Made by a program: the position numbers and the translations under genes. Shown here piece by piece: positions 8,799-17,441 of a stretch of DNA of 22,271 nt; position 1 is the first letter of the stretch, and every line of letters starts with the position of its first letter. Origin of the DNA: Candidatus Tenderia sp. (GTDB lineage: Bacteria; Pseudomonadota; Gammaproteobacteria; Tenderiales; Tenderiaceae); NCBI GenBank assembly GCA_031416075.1, contig JANOSY010000059.1, positions 1 through 22,271 of the forward strand, given 5' to 3'. A model generated the notes under the pieces. It was not told the origin of the DNA. It was given only the letters and a program-made list of their open reading frames with translations, and did not search any database.

Positions 8799-10127
8799 GT
8801 GACCACCATCGATGAACTCAAGAGCGACACCCCCTTTGTAAGCTGGTTTCGTCAATCCGCACCCTACATCCACGCCTTTCGTGGCTGCACCTTTGTGATC
8901 GCCTTTGACGGTGCAGCGGTCGCCAGTAGCGAATTTCCCAGTCTAATTCACGATATCGCCCTGCTTAACAGCCTCGACATACGCACGGTGTTGGTCCACG
9001 GCGCACGACCACAGATAGAGACACGCCTTGCGGAGCGTGGTGCCACACTCGAATACATCAATGGCCTGCGTGTCACCAATGATGAGGCCTTGATTTGCGT
9101 TAAGGAGGCGGCGGGCAGTGTACGGGTAGAGATTGAGGCGCTGCTCTCCATGGGGGTGGCCAACTCGCCCATGTCCGGTGCCCGCATCCGCGTGGCCTCC
9201 GGTAACTTTGTGGCGGCCAAACCGGTCGGGGTGCGCGAAGGCATTGACTACTGCCATACCGGCGAAGTGCGGCGTATTGATGCCGACGGCATTCGCCAAC
9301 GGCTCGACGACGATGCCATTGTGTTGCTGTCACCGTTGGGATACTCCCCCACCGGCGAGATATTCAACCTGACAACCAATGAGATCGCCACCGCTGCGGC
9401 CATTGCACTAAAAGCGGACAAGCTGCTCTTTTTAACGGAGGCAGAAGGTATTTACGATTTGGGCCAACAGCTGTTGCGTGAACTGAGTATCGAGGCGGCC
9501 CAGCAGCTACTAACCCGTCATCAGAGCAGTGAACTGGAGCTTCAGTATCTGCGCCATGCTGTCCATGCCTGTCAACAGGGTGTCAAACGTACCCACCTGA
9601 TCGATCGCAGTGTTGATGGCGGGCTATTGCAGGAGCTATTTACCCGCGACGGCATCGGCACCCTTATTACAGCCGGTATCTATGAAAAGATCCGCCTTGC
9701 CACTATTGATGATGTAGGAGGCATTTTCGAGCTGATCGAACCTCTGGAGAATGAGGGGGTGTTAGTGCGCCGCTCCCGTGAACAGTTGGAGCTGGAGATC
9801 GGAAACTTCACCGTTGCCGAACGCGACGGCACCATCATCGGCTGTGCCGCGCTCTATCCATTTAAGAGTGACCGAATCGGTGAGCTTGCCTGCCTGGCCA
9901 TTCACCCCATTTATCGCAATACGGGACGCGGTGACGAGCTGCTCGCCACCCTTGAAAAGCACGCCAAACAGAGTGGCATTGACCGGCTCTTTATTCTCAC
10001 CACCCATACCTCGCAATGGTTTCAGGAGCGCGGCTACGAACCCGCCACTCTAGAGAGCCTACCCATAGAAAAGCAGGTACTGTATAACTACCAACGCAAA
10101 TCCAAGGCATTTATTAAGACCCTATAA
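8799..10127 (+). CDS. argA: Amino-acid N-acetyltransferase (N-acetylglutamate synthase)
   Basis: FVSWFRQSAPYIHAFRG, VHGARPQI, LSPLGYSPTGEIFN, ELFTRDGIGT, C-terminal GNAT domain (ELACLAI, LTTHTSQWFQERG, YNYQRKSK); GTG start with AGGA RBS. Confidence 0.97.
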   Translation: MTTIDELKSDTPFVSWFRQSAPYIHAFRGCTFVIAFDGAAVASSEFPSLIHDIALLNSLDIRTVLVHGARPQIETRLAERGATLEYINGLRVTNDEALICVKEAAGSVRVEIEALLSMGVANSPMSGARIRVASGNFVAAKPVGVREGIDYCHTGEVRRIDADGIRQRLDDDAIVLLSPLGYSPTGEIFNLTTNEIATAAAIALKADKLLFLTEAEGIYDLGQQLLRELSIEAAQQLLTRHQSSELELQYLRHAVHACQQGVKRTHLIDRSVDGGLLQELFTRDGIGTLITAGIYEKIRLATIDDVGGIFELIEPLENEGVLVRRSREQLELEIGNFTVAERDGTIIGCAALYPFKSDRIGELACLAIHPIYRNTGRGDELLATLEKHAKQSGIDRLFILTTHTSQWFQERGYEPATLESLPIEKQVLYNYQRKSKAFIKTL

Positions 10128-10183
10128 CCATTATTAAAGAAGAAAGAGAGTGCCCCTCAATATTCCACAATCTGCCTGATCTA

Positions 10184-10226
10184 GTACCAAGGTACAATTA
10201 ACGACCTGGCCAACCATCGGTAAACT
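10184..10226 (+). promoter_or_regulatory. Operator box GTACCAAGGTAC abutting a candidate sigma70 promoter of the PEP-CTERM gene
   Basis: Palindrome GTACC-AA-GGTAC at 10184-10195; TTAACG (10198-10203), 17 nt, TAAACT (10221-10226). Same layout as 11792-11834. Confidence 0.6.
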
Positions 10227-10261
10227 TCCTTCACACCACACAATCTGAAGGAAATAACATA

Positions 10262-10945
10262 ATGATCAAACAAGCCATGGTTGGATTTGCCCTACTCACC
10301 AGCTGCACAATAGCGCAGGCTCTTCCGGTAGTGCAGTTCTCTGACTTTATCAATGACGGCACACGTAGCAACTTCAACGGCTTTGAGAGCATTCCTAACG
10401 ATGGCACAATGTATACCAATGGTAGCGCCTATATCGAAGATGGAGTTATGGTGCAGCAGATTAACGGTGATTCCGGAAACGACATCTGGGTTACCTACAC
10501 CGGCTCACATCATCAAGGCGGTTACAGCTGGTATCCAAACGGCGGTGACAATGGTTACACCCAGATATCCCGTAGCGGTGGATTAAACTTCGAAGATGTA
10601 GGAATGATCATCGGTAGCGGTTTTGGCCTGGCCAGCAACGTTTTTTATGAGCTACTCAGCAATGGTGTCTCTGTGCTTTCCGGCTCCTTTACCCCCACAT
10701 CTAACCAGTACCTGGGTTTTTCCGGTGGTGGTTTTGACAAAATCCTTCTTGCTGACTGCTCACAGTGTGACTCATTCACCACCTCCGTCACCGATGGCCA
10801 TTTCCAGGCACTGGCCCTGGACAGCATCGAACTCTCCGGTACGGTTCCAGAGCCAACTTCATTAGCACTGTTGGCGGCAGGATTGATGGGGCTGGGCTGG
10901 CGCAATCGTAAGACATCACTGAACAGCACAACCATTACTGCGTAA
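10262..10945 (+). CDS. PEP-CTERM sorting-domain exported protein
   Basis: N-terminal signal peptide (MIKQAMVGFALLTSCTIAQA), G/S/N/D-rich body, C-terminal VPEPTSLALLAAGLMGLGW-RNRK (PEP motif, TM helix, basic tail). Confidence 0.93.
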   Translation: MIKQAMVGFALLTSCTIAQALPVVQFSDFINDGTRSNFNGFESIPNDGTMYTNGSAYIEDGVMVQQINGDSGNDIWVTYTGSHHQGGYSWYPNGGDNGYTQISRSGGLNFEDVGMIIGSGFGLASNVFYELLSNGVSVLSGSFTPTSNQYLGFSGGGFDKILLADCSQCDSFTTSVTDGHFQALALDSIELSGTVPEPTSLALLAAGLMGLGWRNRKTSLNSTTITA

Positions 10946-10965
10946 TAACATTTCACAATAACAAT

Positions 10966-10996
10966 AATAAATGGGCCAGGGAGTGGCTCACTTATT
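10966..10996. terminator. Hairpin between the convergent PEP-CTERM and LuxR genes
   Basis: AATAAATGGGCCA-gggag-TGGCTCACTTATT, an imperfect inverted repeat followed by T-rich sequence on the minus strand. Confidence 0.45.
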
Positions 10997-11037
10997 AATC
11001 CGGTCAAACGATCGGCAACCCCCCCTTCCCTCAACAA

Positions 11038-11700
11038 TCAGAAACTATTTCTCAGGGCCAGTGCCAACATCAACCGATTGTCAATATTGAGCTTTTGAAA
11101 AATATTCCCCAGATGGGCCTTAATGGTTCTCTCCGAGACATCCAATTTCCGGGCAATCAGCTTGTTATTCAGCCCTTCAGTAATCAACTTGGCCACTTCA
11201 CACTCACGCTGCGTAAGAGACTCCAACGATAGCTGTTTTTCAAGCGGCACTGTTGCAGCATCCGGAATCAAAATACCGGCAATCATCTTTGCGATCAGTC
11301 TACGTGGCAACCATGCTTCCCCCGCAAGCAACGAAGCAACCGCCTTTTGTAACATATTTGCCTCAACCCCTTGCAAACAGCAGCCACGTACACCGCAATA
11401 GATCCACTCAAGATCGATCATATCCGGGTCGTCATCTACCATCATCAATATTGAGTTATTGCTTATACGACCAAGTTCCACCAGCAAGGAATCACGTCCG
11501 CTGTGTATCAGCGCACTATCACAGATAAACAATGATGGTCTGATAGCTGATTCAGAATATAAAAAAGAGTCCAAAGCCGTGCGATCAGCCGCGCATTCCA
11601 CACGATAATCAGGCAACGCGGCAGACCAGCTGTTCAGTAACGCTGAATTAGCACTGGCAACTACAATGGCCGTAGCCCTGGAGGCCTCTTTTTTATTCAT
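11038..11700 (-). CDS. NarL/LuxR-family transcriptional regulator with degenerate receiver domain
   Basis: C-terminal LTQRECEVAKLITEGLNNKLIARKLDVSERTIKAHLGNIFQKLNI (LuxR HTH); N-terminal REC-like region (LFICD, GVRGC, AGEAWLPR). Confidence 0.9.
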   Translation of the reverse strand: MNKKEASRATAIVVASANSALLNSWSAALPDYRVECAADRTALDSFLYSESAIRPSLFICDSALIHSGRDSLLVELGRISNNSILMMVDDDPDMIDLEWIYCGVRGCCLQGVEANMLQKAVASLLAGEAWLPRRLIAKMIAGILIPDAATVPLEKQLSLESLTQRECEVAKLITEGLNNKLIARKLDVSERTIKAHLGNIFQKLNIDNRLMLALALRNSF

Positions 11701-11791
11701 GGGAAAATAACGTCATTCACTGGATGCTCCTCATCCTTCTCCAAACGCTATCGGCAGACATGGGGCGCTATTGAATCAGTTTCACACCTAT

Positions 11792-11834
11792 GCACCAAGG
11801 TACAATTGCCTAATTCAGCGTATACCGCTAGAGT
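11792..11834 (+). promoter_or_regulatory. Second copy of the operator box plus candidate promoter of the receiver-only gene
   Basis: GCACCAAGGTACAATT; TTGCCT (11806-11811), 17 nt, TAGAGT (11829-11834). Confidence 0.6.
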
Positions 11835-11860
11835 TAGTGGCAGTGTAGGGCTATGGGGTT

Positions 11861-12295
11861 ATGAATATGAATACTAAAGTTGCATGCATCAGCACCGATA
11901 CATCACTTGCGTCACATCTGAATGCCATTGATGGGTTTGAGCTTGATGTTGGTTCGCCGCAGGAGGCACGCCCATTACTTCACAAGACCCATCATGATGT
12001 GGTGGTGCTGGATATCCGCAACCACCACGCTGCGTTGTCATTGATAGAAGCGATACGCCGCTGGCAGCCCGGTGTGCGCATTCTTCTGCTGGTGGATGAC
12101 AACAGCGACGAGCAGACATTAATGCAGCTGATATTTGCTGGGGCACTGGGATATCTCAATCAGGCGGATATCCCATCGCGCCTGCATACGGCCGTACTCG
12201 CTATTCAACAAAATCAGGCGTGGGTGCCACGGCACATCGTCTCTCATTTTATCAACGCACTTTCAACACTAAAACAGCACACTGCCCTACGTTAA
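11861..12295 (+). CDS. Stand-alone NarL-type receiver-domain protein (no HTH)
   Basis: HDVVVLDIR, PGVRILLL, AGALGYL, AIQQNQAWVPR; ends where the HTH would begin. Confidence 0.8.
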   Translation: MNMNTKVACISTDTSLASHLNAIDGFELDVGSPQEARPLLHKTHHDVVVLDIRNHHAALSLIEAIRRWQPGVRILLLVDDNSDEQTLMQLIFAGALGYLNQADIPSRLHTAVLAIQQNQAWVPRHIVSHFINALSTLKQHTALR

Positions 12296-12308
12296 AAATA
12301 TACACCTA

Positions 12309-12509
12309 TCAATAGTGTGGCGGGGGCGTCTCATCGGATTGGGCGCGAACAAACTCTGCACCGGAATCTATCTGCTGAGTCATACGTCTCATTTCAACCT
12401 GTAAGCGATCAATCTGATCCTGCTGTTTAATTACCACCTGATTCAACTCTTCCACCGTCTGTTCCAGATACACCATGCGTATCTCCACATCCTCAATTCG
12501 TTTTTCCAT
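12309..12509 (-). CDS. slyX: SlyX family protein
   Basis: RIEDVEIRMVYLEQTVEELNQVV coiled coil and the diagnostic C-terminal ETPPPHY. Confidence 0.93.
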   Translation of the reverse strand: MEKRIEDVEIRMVYLEQTVEELNQVVIKQQDQIDRLQVEMRRMTQQIDSGAEFVRAQSDETPPPHY

Positions 12510-12585
12510 TACTGCCTCGTTATAGATATAAGGGGGACCAGTGCCCTGCGCGTACCGTTAAATGGTGGACAATGAAATATCAGGA

Positions 12586-13374
12586 TTAAAGCAGATATAT
12601 ATCAAAGCGAGTACTTTTGCCTTCCATGACCAGATTGGGTTTAGGGCCAGCAATTGTCTCCGATTTACGTGGTCGCTTGACCACAACCCGTTTACGGGCC
12701 ACCCCCAATGCTGACTGCAACAGCTCTGCATCATCACTATCAAGCCCCACCAGGTCACGAAACAGGCGCATCTCTTTTTTTACCTCAGCCGCCTTGATCC
12801 GCTCGGGATGCATCGGGTCAACATAGATCACATCAGGCCGTTCGCTCTCGGCCAATGTTAATAGCCATTGCCTGGCATCGGCTACTGTCAGAGAGAGCCG
12901 CTCAATAATCGTCGCAACCTCATCATCACACTGACCACGCCTCATGCCATCACGCAAGAGTGCCGCCACCACCGGCGAGCGCTCAACCATCTGCACATGA
13001 CAACCAAGCTGCGCCAAAATAAATGAGTCACGCCCTAAACCGGCCGTGGCGTCCACCACACTGGGGAAAAACCCTTTTTTAATACCAACGGCCTTGGCCA
13101 CCAGCTGGCTACGCCCACCACCATAGCGACGACGATGCCCCATGGCACCATCAACAAAATCGACATAAACCGGCCCGGATGCCTGAGGACCAAGCGGCTG
13201 CAGCTGCAATTTTTCGGGCGTAAATTGCAGTACAAGCTCACACGATGGGGGGAGGGTTGATAGATCCTGCACCAAGGGCAGACCCAGTTCAAATGCCAAC
13301 GCGTCAGCCTCTGACAGCCGCATTACATCACCCACCAACACCGCCATCTTCTCTGCTGTTATGATTGTAGTCAC
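12586..13374 (-). CDS. rsmJ: 16S rRNA m2G1516 methyltransferase RsmJ (YhiQ)
   Basis: VYVDFV, AKAVG, VVDATAGLGRDSFILA, VERSPVV, DVIYVDPM, VKKEM, RVVVKRP, STRFDIY. Confidence 0.92.
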   Translation of the reverse strand: MTTIITAEKMAVLVGDVMRLSEADALAFELGLPLVQDLSTLPPSCELVLQFTPEKLQLQPLGPQASGPVYVDFVDGAMGHRRRYGGGRSQLVAKAVGIKKGFFPSVVDATAGLGRDSFILAQLGCHVQMVERSPVVAALLRDGMRRGQCDDEVATIIERLSLTVADARQWLLTLAESERPDVIYVDPMHPERIKAAEVKKEMRLFRDLVGLDSDDAELLQSALGVARKRVVVKRPRKSETIAGPKPNLVMEGKSTRFDIYLL

Positions 13375-13494
13375 TACCTATACTCACCCGATCTACGCTT
13401 TATGCAAACCACTTGTCTGATATCCTTACAGAGTCCTTGTCTTAACACCTCAGACTACCGACAATGACCTATCTGCATTTAAAAGGTACTCATC

Positions 13495-13908
13495 ATGTCC
13501 ATCCAGCAAAACCATATCAGCCGTAAAAGCCTTCGCATTATTGAGTATGGCGGTCTATTTATTATCACCATCGCCACGCTTGTCGCCGGTTTCCAAGAGA
13601 TTATGCATATGATCAACGCCGGCAAAGTAACCCTGTCCGACTTGCTACTGCTGTTTCTCTACCTGGAGGTGGTTGCCATGGTCAGTGTCTATCTGGAGTC
13701 TGGCAAACTGCCCATTCGTATGCCTATTTACATCGCCATTGTCGCCCTTGCCCGTTATTTAACACTCGACATCAAGGACATGGATAGCTGGAAGGTCGTC
13801 TCCATCTCGACCACTATTGTGCTTCTAACATTGGCGGTACTGGCTATCCGCTATGGGCACATGAAGTTCCCCTATTCGGCCATGCACAGTAACGAACACA
13901 AAGATTAG
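13495..13908 (+). CDS. psiE: Phosphate-starvation-inducible PsiE family membrane protein
   Basis: Four TM segments; DLLLLFLYLEV and GKLPIRMPIYIAIVALARY motifs. Confidence 0.85.
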   Translation: MSIQQNHISRKSLRIIEYGGLFIITIATLVAGFQEIMHMINAGKVTLSDLLLLFLYLEVVAMVSVYLESGKLPIRMPIYIAIVALARYLTLDIKDMDSWKVVSISTTIVLLTLAVLAIRYGHMKFPYSAMHSNEHKD

Positions 13909-14717
13909 AACAACGGCGCTCCGGAAAGATAGCTGCGCCAATTGTGACGTCCATCACCAAACGCAAGAAACGGTGGATTGAGTAACGAGTCTTTGCTGTT
14001 ATAACGCAGTGGATTCAGATCAAGATCGGTGAGTGCCCCGCCGGCTTCCTCCAGAATGCACTGCGCCGCAGCGGTATCCCACTCACCGGTCGGTCCCAAC
14101 CGGGCATAAAGATCAGCACGCCCTTCAGAGATGTAACAGGATTTAAGCGAGCTGCCCAACGTCAACACATGGGATTCACTAAAGTTACTCAGCAACACCT
14201 TGAAACGGTCACTATGACAGGCGCGACTCCCGGCAATGGTAATGTGCCCCCCTTTCCAGTCACGCGTCCTAATCTGCTGGGCAGCACAACCTTTCACCTG
14301 TTTGTATGCACCGCGACCTTGTGCCGCAAAATAACATTCACCGGTCACCGGCACGTGAATCACACCCAGCACCGGCTGGCCTGAGTCGATCAGGGCGATA
14401 TTGATCGTAAACTCACCATTGCCTTTAATAAACTCACGGGTACCATCCAACGGGTCGACCAGCCAGTAACGCTGCCACTGTTGCCGCTCTTCAAAGGGGA
14501 CCCACTCACCCTCCTCAGATAACACTGGCCACTCTGGAGTCAAGGCCGCCAATCCCTGAACAATCACCGCATTGGCAGCAAAGTCAGCCTCCGTCACCGG
14601 ACTATCATCTGCCTTCTGCTCGACACAAAAGGTACGGCTATAAACGGCCATGATAGAGACCGCTGCCAATTCGGCAATCGCCTGCACCTCACTGATCAAC
14701 GCGGCTTCAGAGCTCAC
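13905..14717 (-). CDS. cysQ: 3'(2'),5'-bisphosphate nucleotidase
   Basis: KADDSPVTEAD, LSEEG, YWLVDPLDGTREF, GSSLK, YARLGPTGEWDTAAAQC, YNSKDSLLNP. Confidence 0.95.
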   Translation of the reverse strand: MSSEAALISEVQAIAELAAVSIMAVYSRTFCVEQKADDSPVTEADFAANAVIVQGLAALTPEWPVLSEEGEWVPFEERQQWQRYWLVDPLDGTREFIKGNGEFTINIALIDSGQPVLGVIHVPVTGECYFAAQGRGAYKQVKGCAAQQIRTRDWKGGHITIAGSRACHSDRFKVLLSNFSESHVLTLGSSLKSCYISEGRADLYARLGPTGEWDTAAAQCILEEAGGALTDLDLNPLRYNSKDSLLNPPFLAFGDGRHNWRSYLSGAPLF

Positions 14718-15265
14718 ACAGCGCCCCCGGCAAGCAGTTCACGCACCATAAAGAGCGCTGCGATGCTACGCGCCTCGGTACAATCATCACGTTGCAATAG
14801 TGCCGCCAGTTGAGAAAGCTTCCATGGCACCACCTCAATCTCCTCCGGCTCATCACCCTCCGCAGTCTGTACAAACAGATCTCGTGCCAATACAACCTGG
14901 GTTTGATGATTCATGTATGAAGGAGAGAGGGAGAGCGCGGCCAAGTGCTCCAGCGAACGTGCTCCGTAACCGACCTCCTCCATCAACTCACGGTTAGCAG
15001 CAAGCAGCAGATCCTCTCCCGCTTCAATTCGCCCTTTGGGTAGCCCTAACTCATAACGATGAACACCGGCAGAGTATTCACGGATCAGCAACACCGTGTC
15101 GTCATCAAGCATCGGCACGATCAATACCGCGCCACCAGAACTGCTCCGCAGACGCTCATACTGCACCTCAACTCCGTTTGCAAAACGGAGATCAACGGAC
15201 TCGACATGAAAAAGTCGCGTCCGGGCAACGGTAGCTGTGGCTAGTATTTCAGGCATTTTACGCAT
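14714..15265 (-). CDS. nudE: ADP compounds hydrolase NudE
   Basis: DLRFANG, YERL, LIREY, Nudix box PKGRIEAGEDLLLAANRELMEEVGYGA, EGDEPE, EARSIAAL; 4-nt overlap with cysQ. Confidence 0.93.
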   Translation of the reverse strand: MRKMPEILATATVARTRLFHVESVDLRFANGVEVQYERLRSSSGGAVLIVPMLDDDTVLLIREYSAGVHRYELGLPKGRIEAGEDLLLAANRELMEEVGYGARSLEHLAALSLSPSYMNHQTQVVLARDLFVQTAEGDEPEEIEVVPWKLSQLAALLQRDDCTEARSIAALFMVRELLAGGAV

Positions 15266-15307
15266 AATCTGTCCCCATTATAGCCTGAGAGAGCGACATA
15301 ACGCGCC

Positions 15308-15997
15308 ATGAAAAAGATAAACTGGAGTGAGATCAACACCGTCCTGCTGGATATGGATGGCACCCTGCTGGACCTGCATTACGACACCCAATTCTGGCAA
15401 GTTCAGGTGCCGGAACGTTACGCCCGCAACCATGGCCTGGATATCACTATCGCCAAACAGCAGCTGGCCCCCCTCTTTGACAAACATATTGGCACCCTCA
15501 ACTGGTACTGTCTCGACTTCTGGAGCCAAGCGCTAGAACTCGACATTGTTGAAATGAAACGGGAAGCTGCACATCTCATCGCCATCAAGGAGGGGGCGTT
15601 ACTGTTTTTAAACCAATTAAAGCAGTCGGGGAAACGTACAGTCCTTGTCACCAATGCACACCCTGGCAGCCTGGCCTTAAAGCTCGAACATACACAGCTC
15701 GACAATCACCTCGACCACATCATCTCCGCCCACGAACTGGGCTTGCCTAAGGAGAGCCCACTCTTCTGGGGCAAGCTACAAGAGATAGAGGATTACCAGC
15801 CAGAACAGACACTATTGGTTGATGACAATCTGCATGCCCTCCGCACTGCGCGAGAGTTTGGCATTCGCCATCTGCTGGCCGCCTGCCATCCCGACAGCCA
15901 ACAACCACCACGCCATACTGATGAATTTCCAACATTTCATCACTTTGACGAAATCACGTCAGGCGCAAATTCAATTTATCAGTACTGCCACCCCTGA
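15308..15997 (+). CDS. yrfG: HAD-family GMP/IMP nucleotidase
   Basis: VLLDMDGTLLDLHYD, GTLNWYCLDFWS, LVTNAH, PKE, VDD; divergent from nudE as in other gammaproteobacteria. Confidence 0.92.
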   Translation: MKKINWSEINTVLLDMDGTLLDLHYDTQFWQVQVPERYARNHGLDITIAKQQLAPLFDKHIGTLNWYCLDFWSQALELDIVEMKREAAHLIAIKEGALLFLNQLKQSGKRTVLVTNAHPGSLALKLEHTQLDNHLDHIISAHELGLPKESPLFWGKLQEIEDYQPEQTLLVDDNLHALRTAREFGIRHLLAACHPDSQQPPRHTDEFPTFHHFDEITSGANSIYQYCHP

Positions 15998-16025
15998 AAC
16001 CCGACCGAATGATCTATGGGGGCTG

Positions 16026-16457
16026 CTAGCCCTCCGCAGCCTGTTTGGCCTTCCACTGATCCCATTTTTTATAACGCTTTTTACAATATGCCAACAGTGA
16101 TTCATAGCCATCAAAATAGTGCTTAAACCCCTCTTCTGCCGGGGCGTCATATTCACAATAGTCGTTAGTATGTGTGCGGCAGACAGCGGGGCGCACCTCG
16201 TAAATACCACACCGGCCGTCTGGTAACAGGTGGTTGCAGGCGTTATCAACCAACAAAAACCAACCATCTTCATCCTTGTACAACCGCACATTTTTATGGG
16301 ACACCTGCCACAACAGGTAGTCAAAGTCGGTTTTACTTTTTGGTGTCTCAATCTTATGTGTAATATAACTACAGCACTTACTGCCGACACAAAAACTGCA
16401 CTTATTCTCGGCGGTGATTTCAACTTTTTCCACTTTAATGGGAATGGTTTTTTTCAT
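16026..16457 (-). CDS. YkgJ-family cysteine-cluster (zinc/iron-chelating) protein
   Basis: CSFCVGSKCC ... CNHL ... CGIYEVRPAVCR ... CEY pattern. Confidence 0.85.
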   Translation of the reverse strand: MKKTIPIKVEKVEITAENKCSFCVGSKCCSYITHKIETPKSKTDFDYLLWQVSHKNVRLYKDEDGWFLLVDNACNHLLPDGRCGIYEVRPAVCRTHTNDYCEYDAPAEEGFKHYFDGYESLLAYCKKRYKKWDQWKAKQAAEG

Positions 16458-16526
16458 TGTTCGACCTGATTAATTCATACACGATGACAAAACTACCCAG
16501 CACTCTACGGAACATTGGTTGCCCTT

Positions 16527-17426
16527 TCAACTCAAACCAAAACCAGTGCGCCCCTGAAGCCCACCTGAGTGTACTGCCAACAACGTTGTACCACGGTCAA
16601 AATGGCCTTTAGCGGCCAATCCATACAGTGCAAAAAAGAGTTTTCCTGTGTAAACGGGGTCGAGCAAAATACCATGCATCTGCTCAAAACGTTGCATAAA
16701 AACGAACAATTCCGGTGTAACCTTGGCATACCCTCTATGATGATAATCATACTCTATACGCCAATTGCTCTGCCGTTGCGCGATACTTTGCCACACCCAA
16801 TGTTCTACCGCATTACCCAGAAAACCGGCCCCTTTCAGCACAGCCACACCCAACGCCTGCTGCTGGCCGTTAAGGGCCGCCACCACACCCGCAAAACTCC
16901 CGCCCGTACCACAGGCACACGCAACGATGTCAAACGGCTCTGTCACACCCTCCAACATTTCGCGACACCCCTGTACCGCCAGTGCATTTGTACCCCCCTC
17001 AGGGAGCAGATAAAACTGACCAAACTGTTGTTGTAGCCGCTTAAGCAGTACAGACGACTCTTTCTCCCGATAATCGACACGATTGAGATAGTGCAAGGTC
17101 ATGCCATGCGCCACTGCAAATTGAAGAGTTGCATTCAGCGGCTGGCACGCCTCACCCCGAATCACACCAATGGTTTTAAAACCATACTCATCACCTGCGG
17201 CTGCCAATGCGTAAATATGGTTGGAGTAGGCCCCGCCAAAACTGAGCAGCGTCTTCTGCCCCTGCTGTCGTGCTGCCAATAGGTTGTATTTAAGTTTGTA
17301 CCATTTATTGCCTGAAATAGTGGCGTGTACAAGGTCGCTGCGCTTCACCAGTAGTCTTACACCACACTGATCAAGCAGCGGGTCTCTAATTTCCTGGATG
17401 GGTGTTGCCTGGGGGGTTAATAACAT
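16527..17426 (-). CDS. ACC deaminase / D-cysteine desulfhydrase family PLP enzyme
   Basis: KRSDL, SGNKWYKL (PLP lysine), SFGGAYSNH, PEGG, CGTGG, LDPVYTGK, HSGGLQG. Confidence 0.9.
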   Translation of the reverse strand: MLLTPQATPIQEIRDPLLDQCGVRLLVKRSDLVHATISGNKWYKLKYNLLAARQQGQKTLLSFGGAYSNHIYALAAAGDEYGFKTIGVIRGEACQPLNATLQFAVAHGMTLHYLNRVDYREKESSVLLKRLQQQFGQFYLLPEGGTNALAVQGCREMLEGVTEPFDIVACACGTGGSFAGVVAALNGQQQALGVAVLKGAGFLGNAVEHWVWQSIAQRQSNWRIEYDYHHRGYAKVTPELFVFMQRFEQMHGILLDPVYTGKLFFALYGLAAKGHFDRGTTLLAVHSGGLQGRTGFGLS

Positions 17427-17441
17427 CGGGCATATAATAAA

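Noticed and set aside
10205-10222. Possible sigma54 promoter (CTGGC) before the PEP-CTERM gene
   Set aside because: No GC at the -12 position (reads GG-N10-GT).
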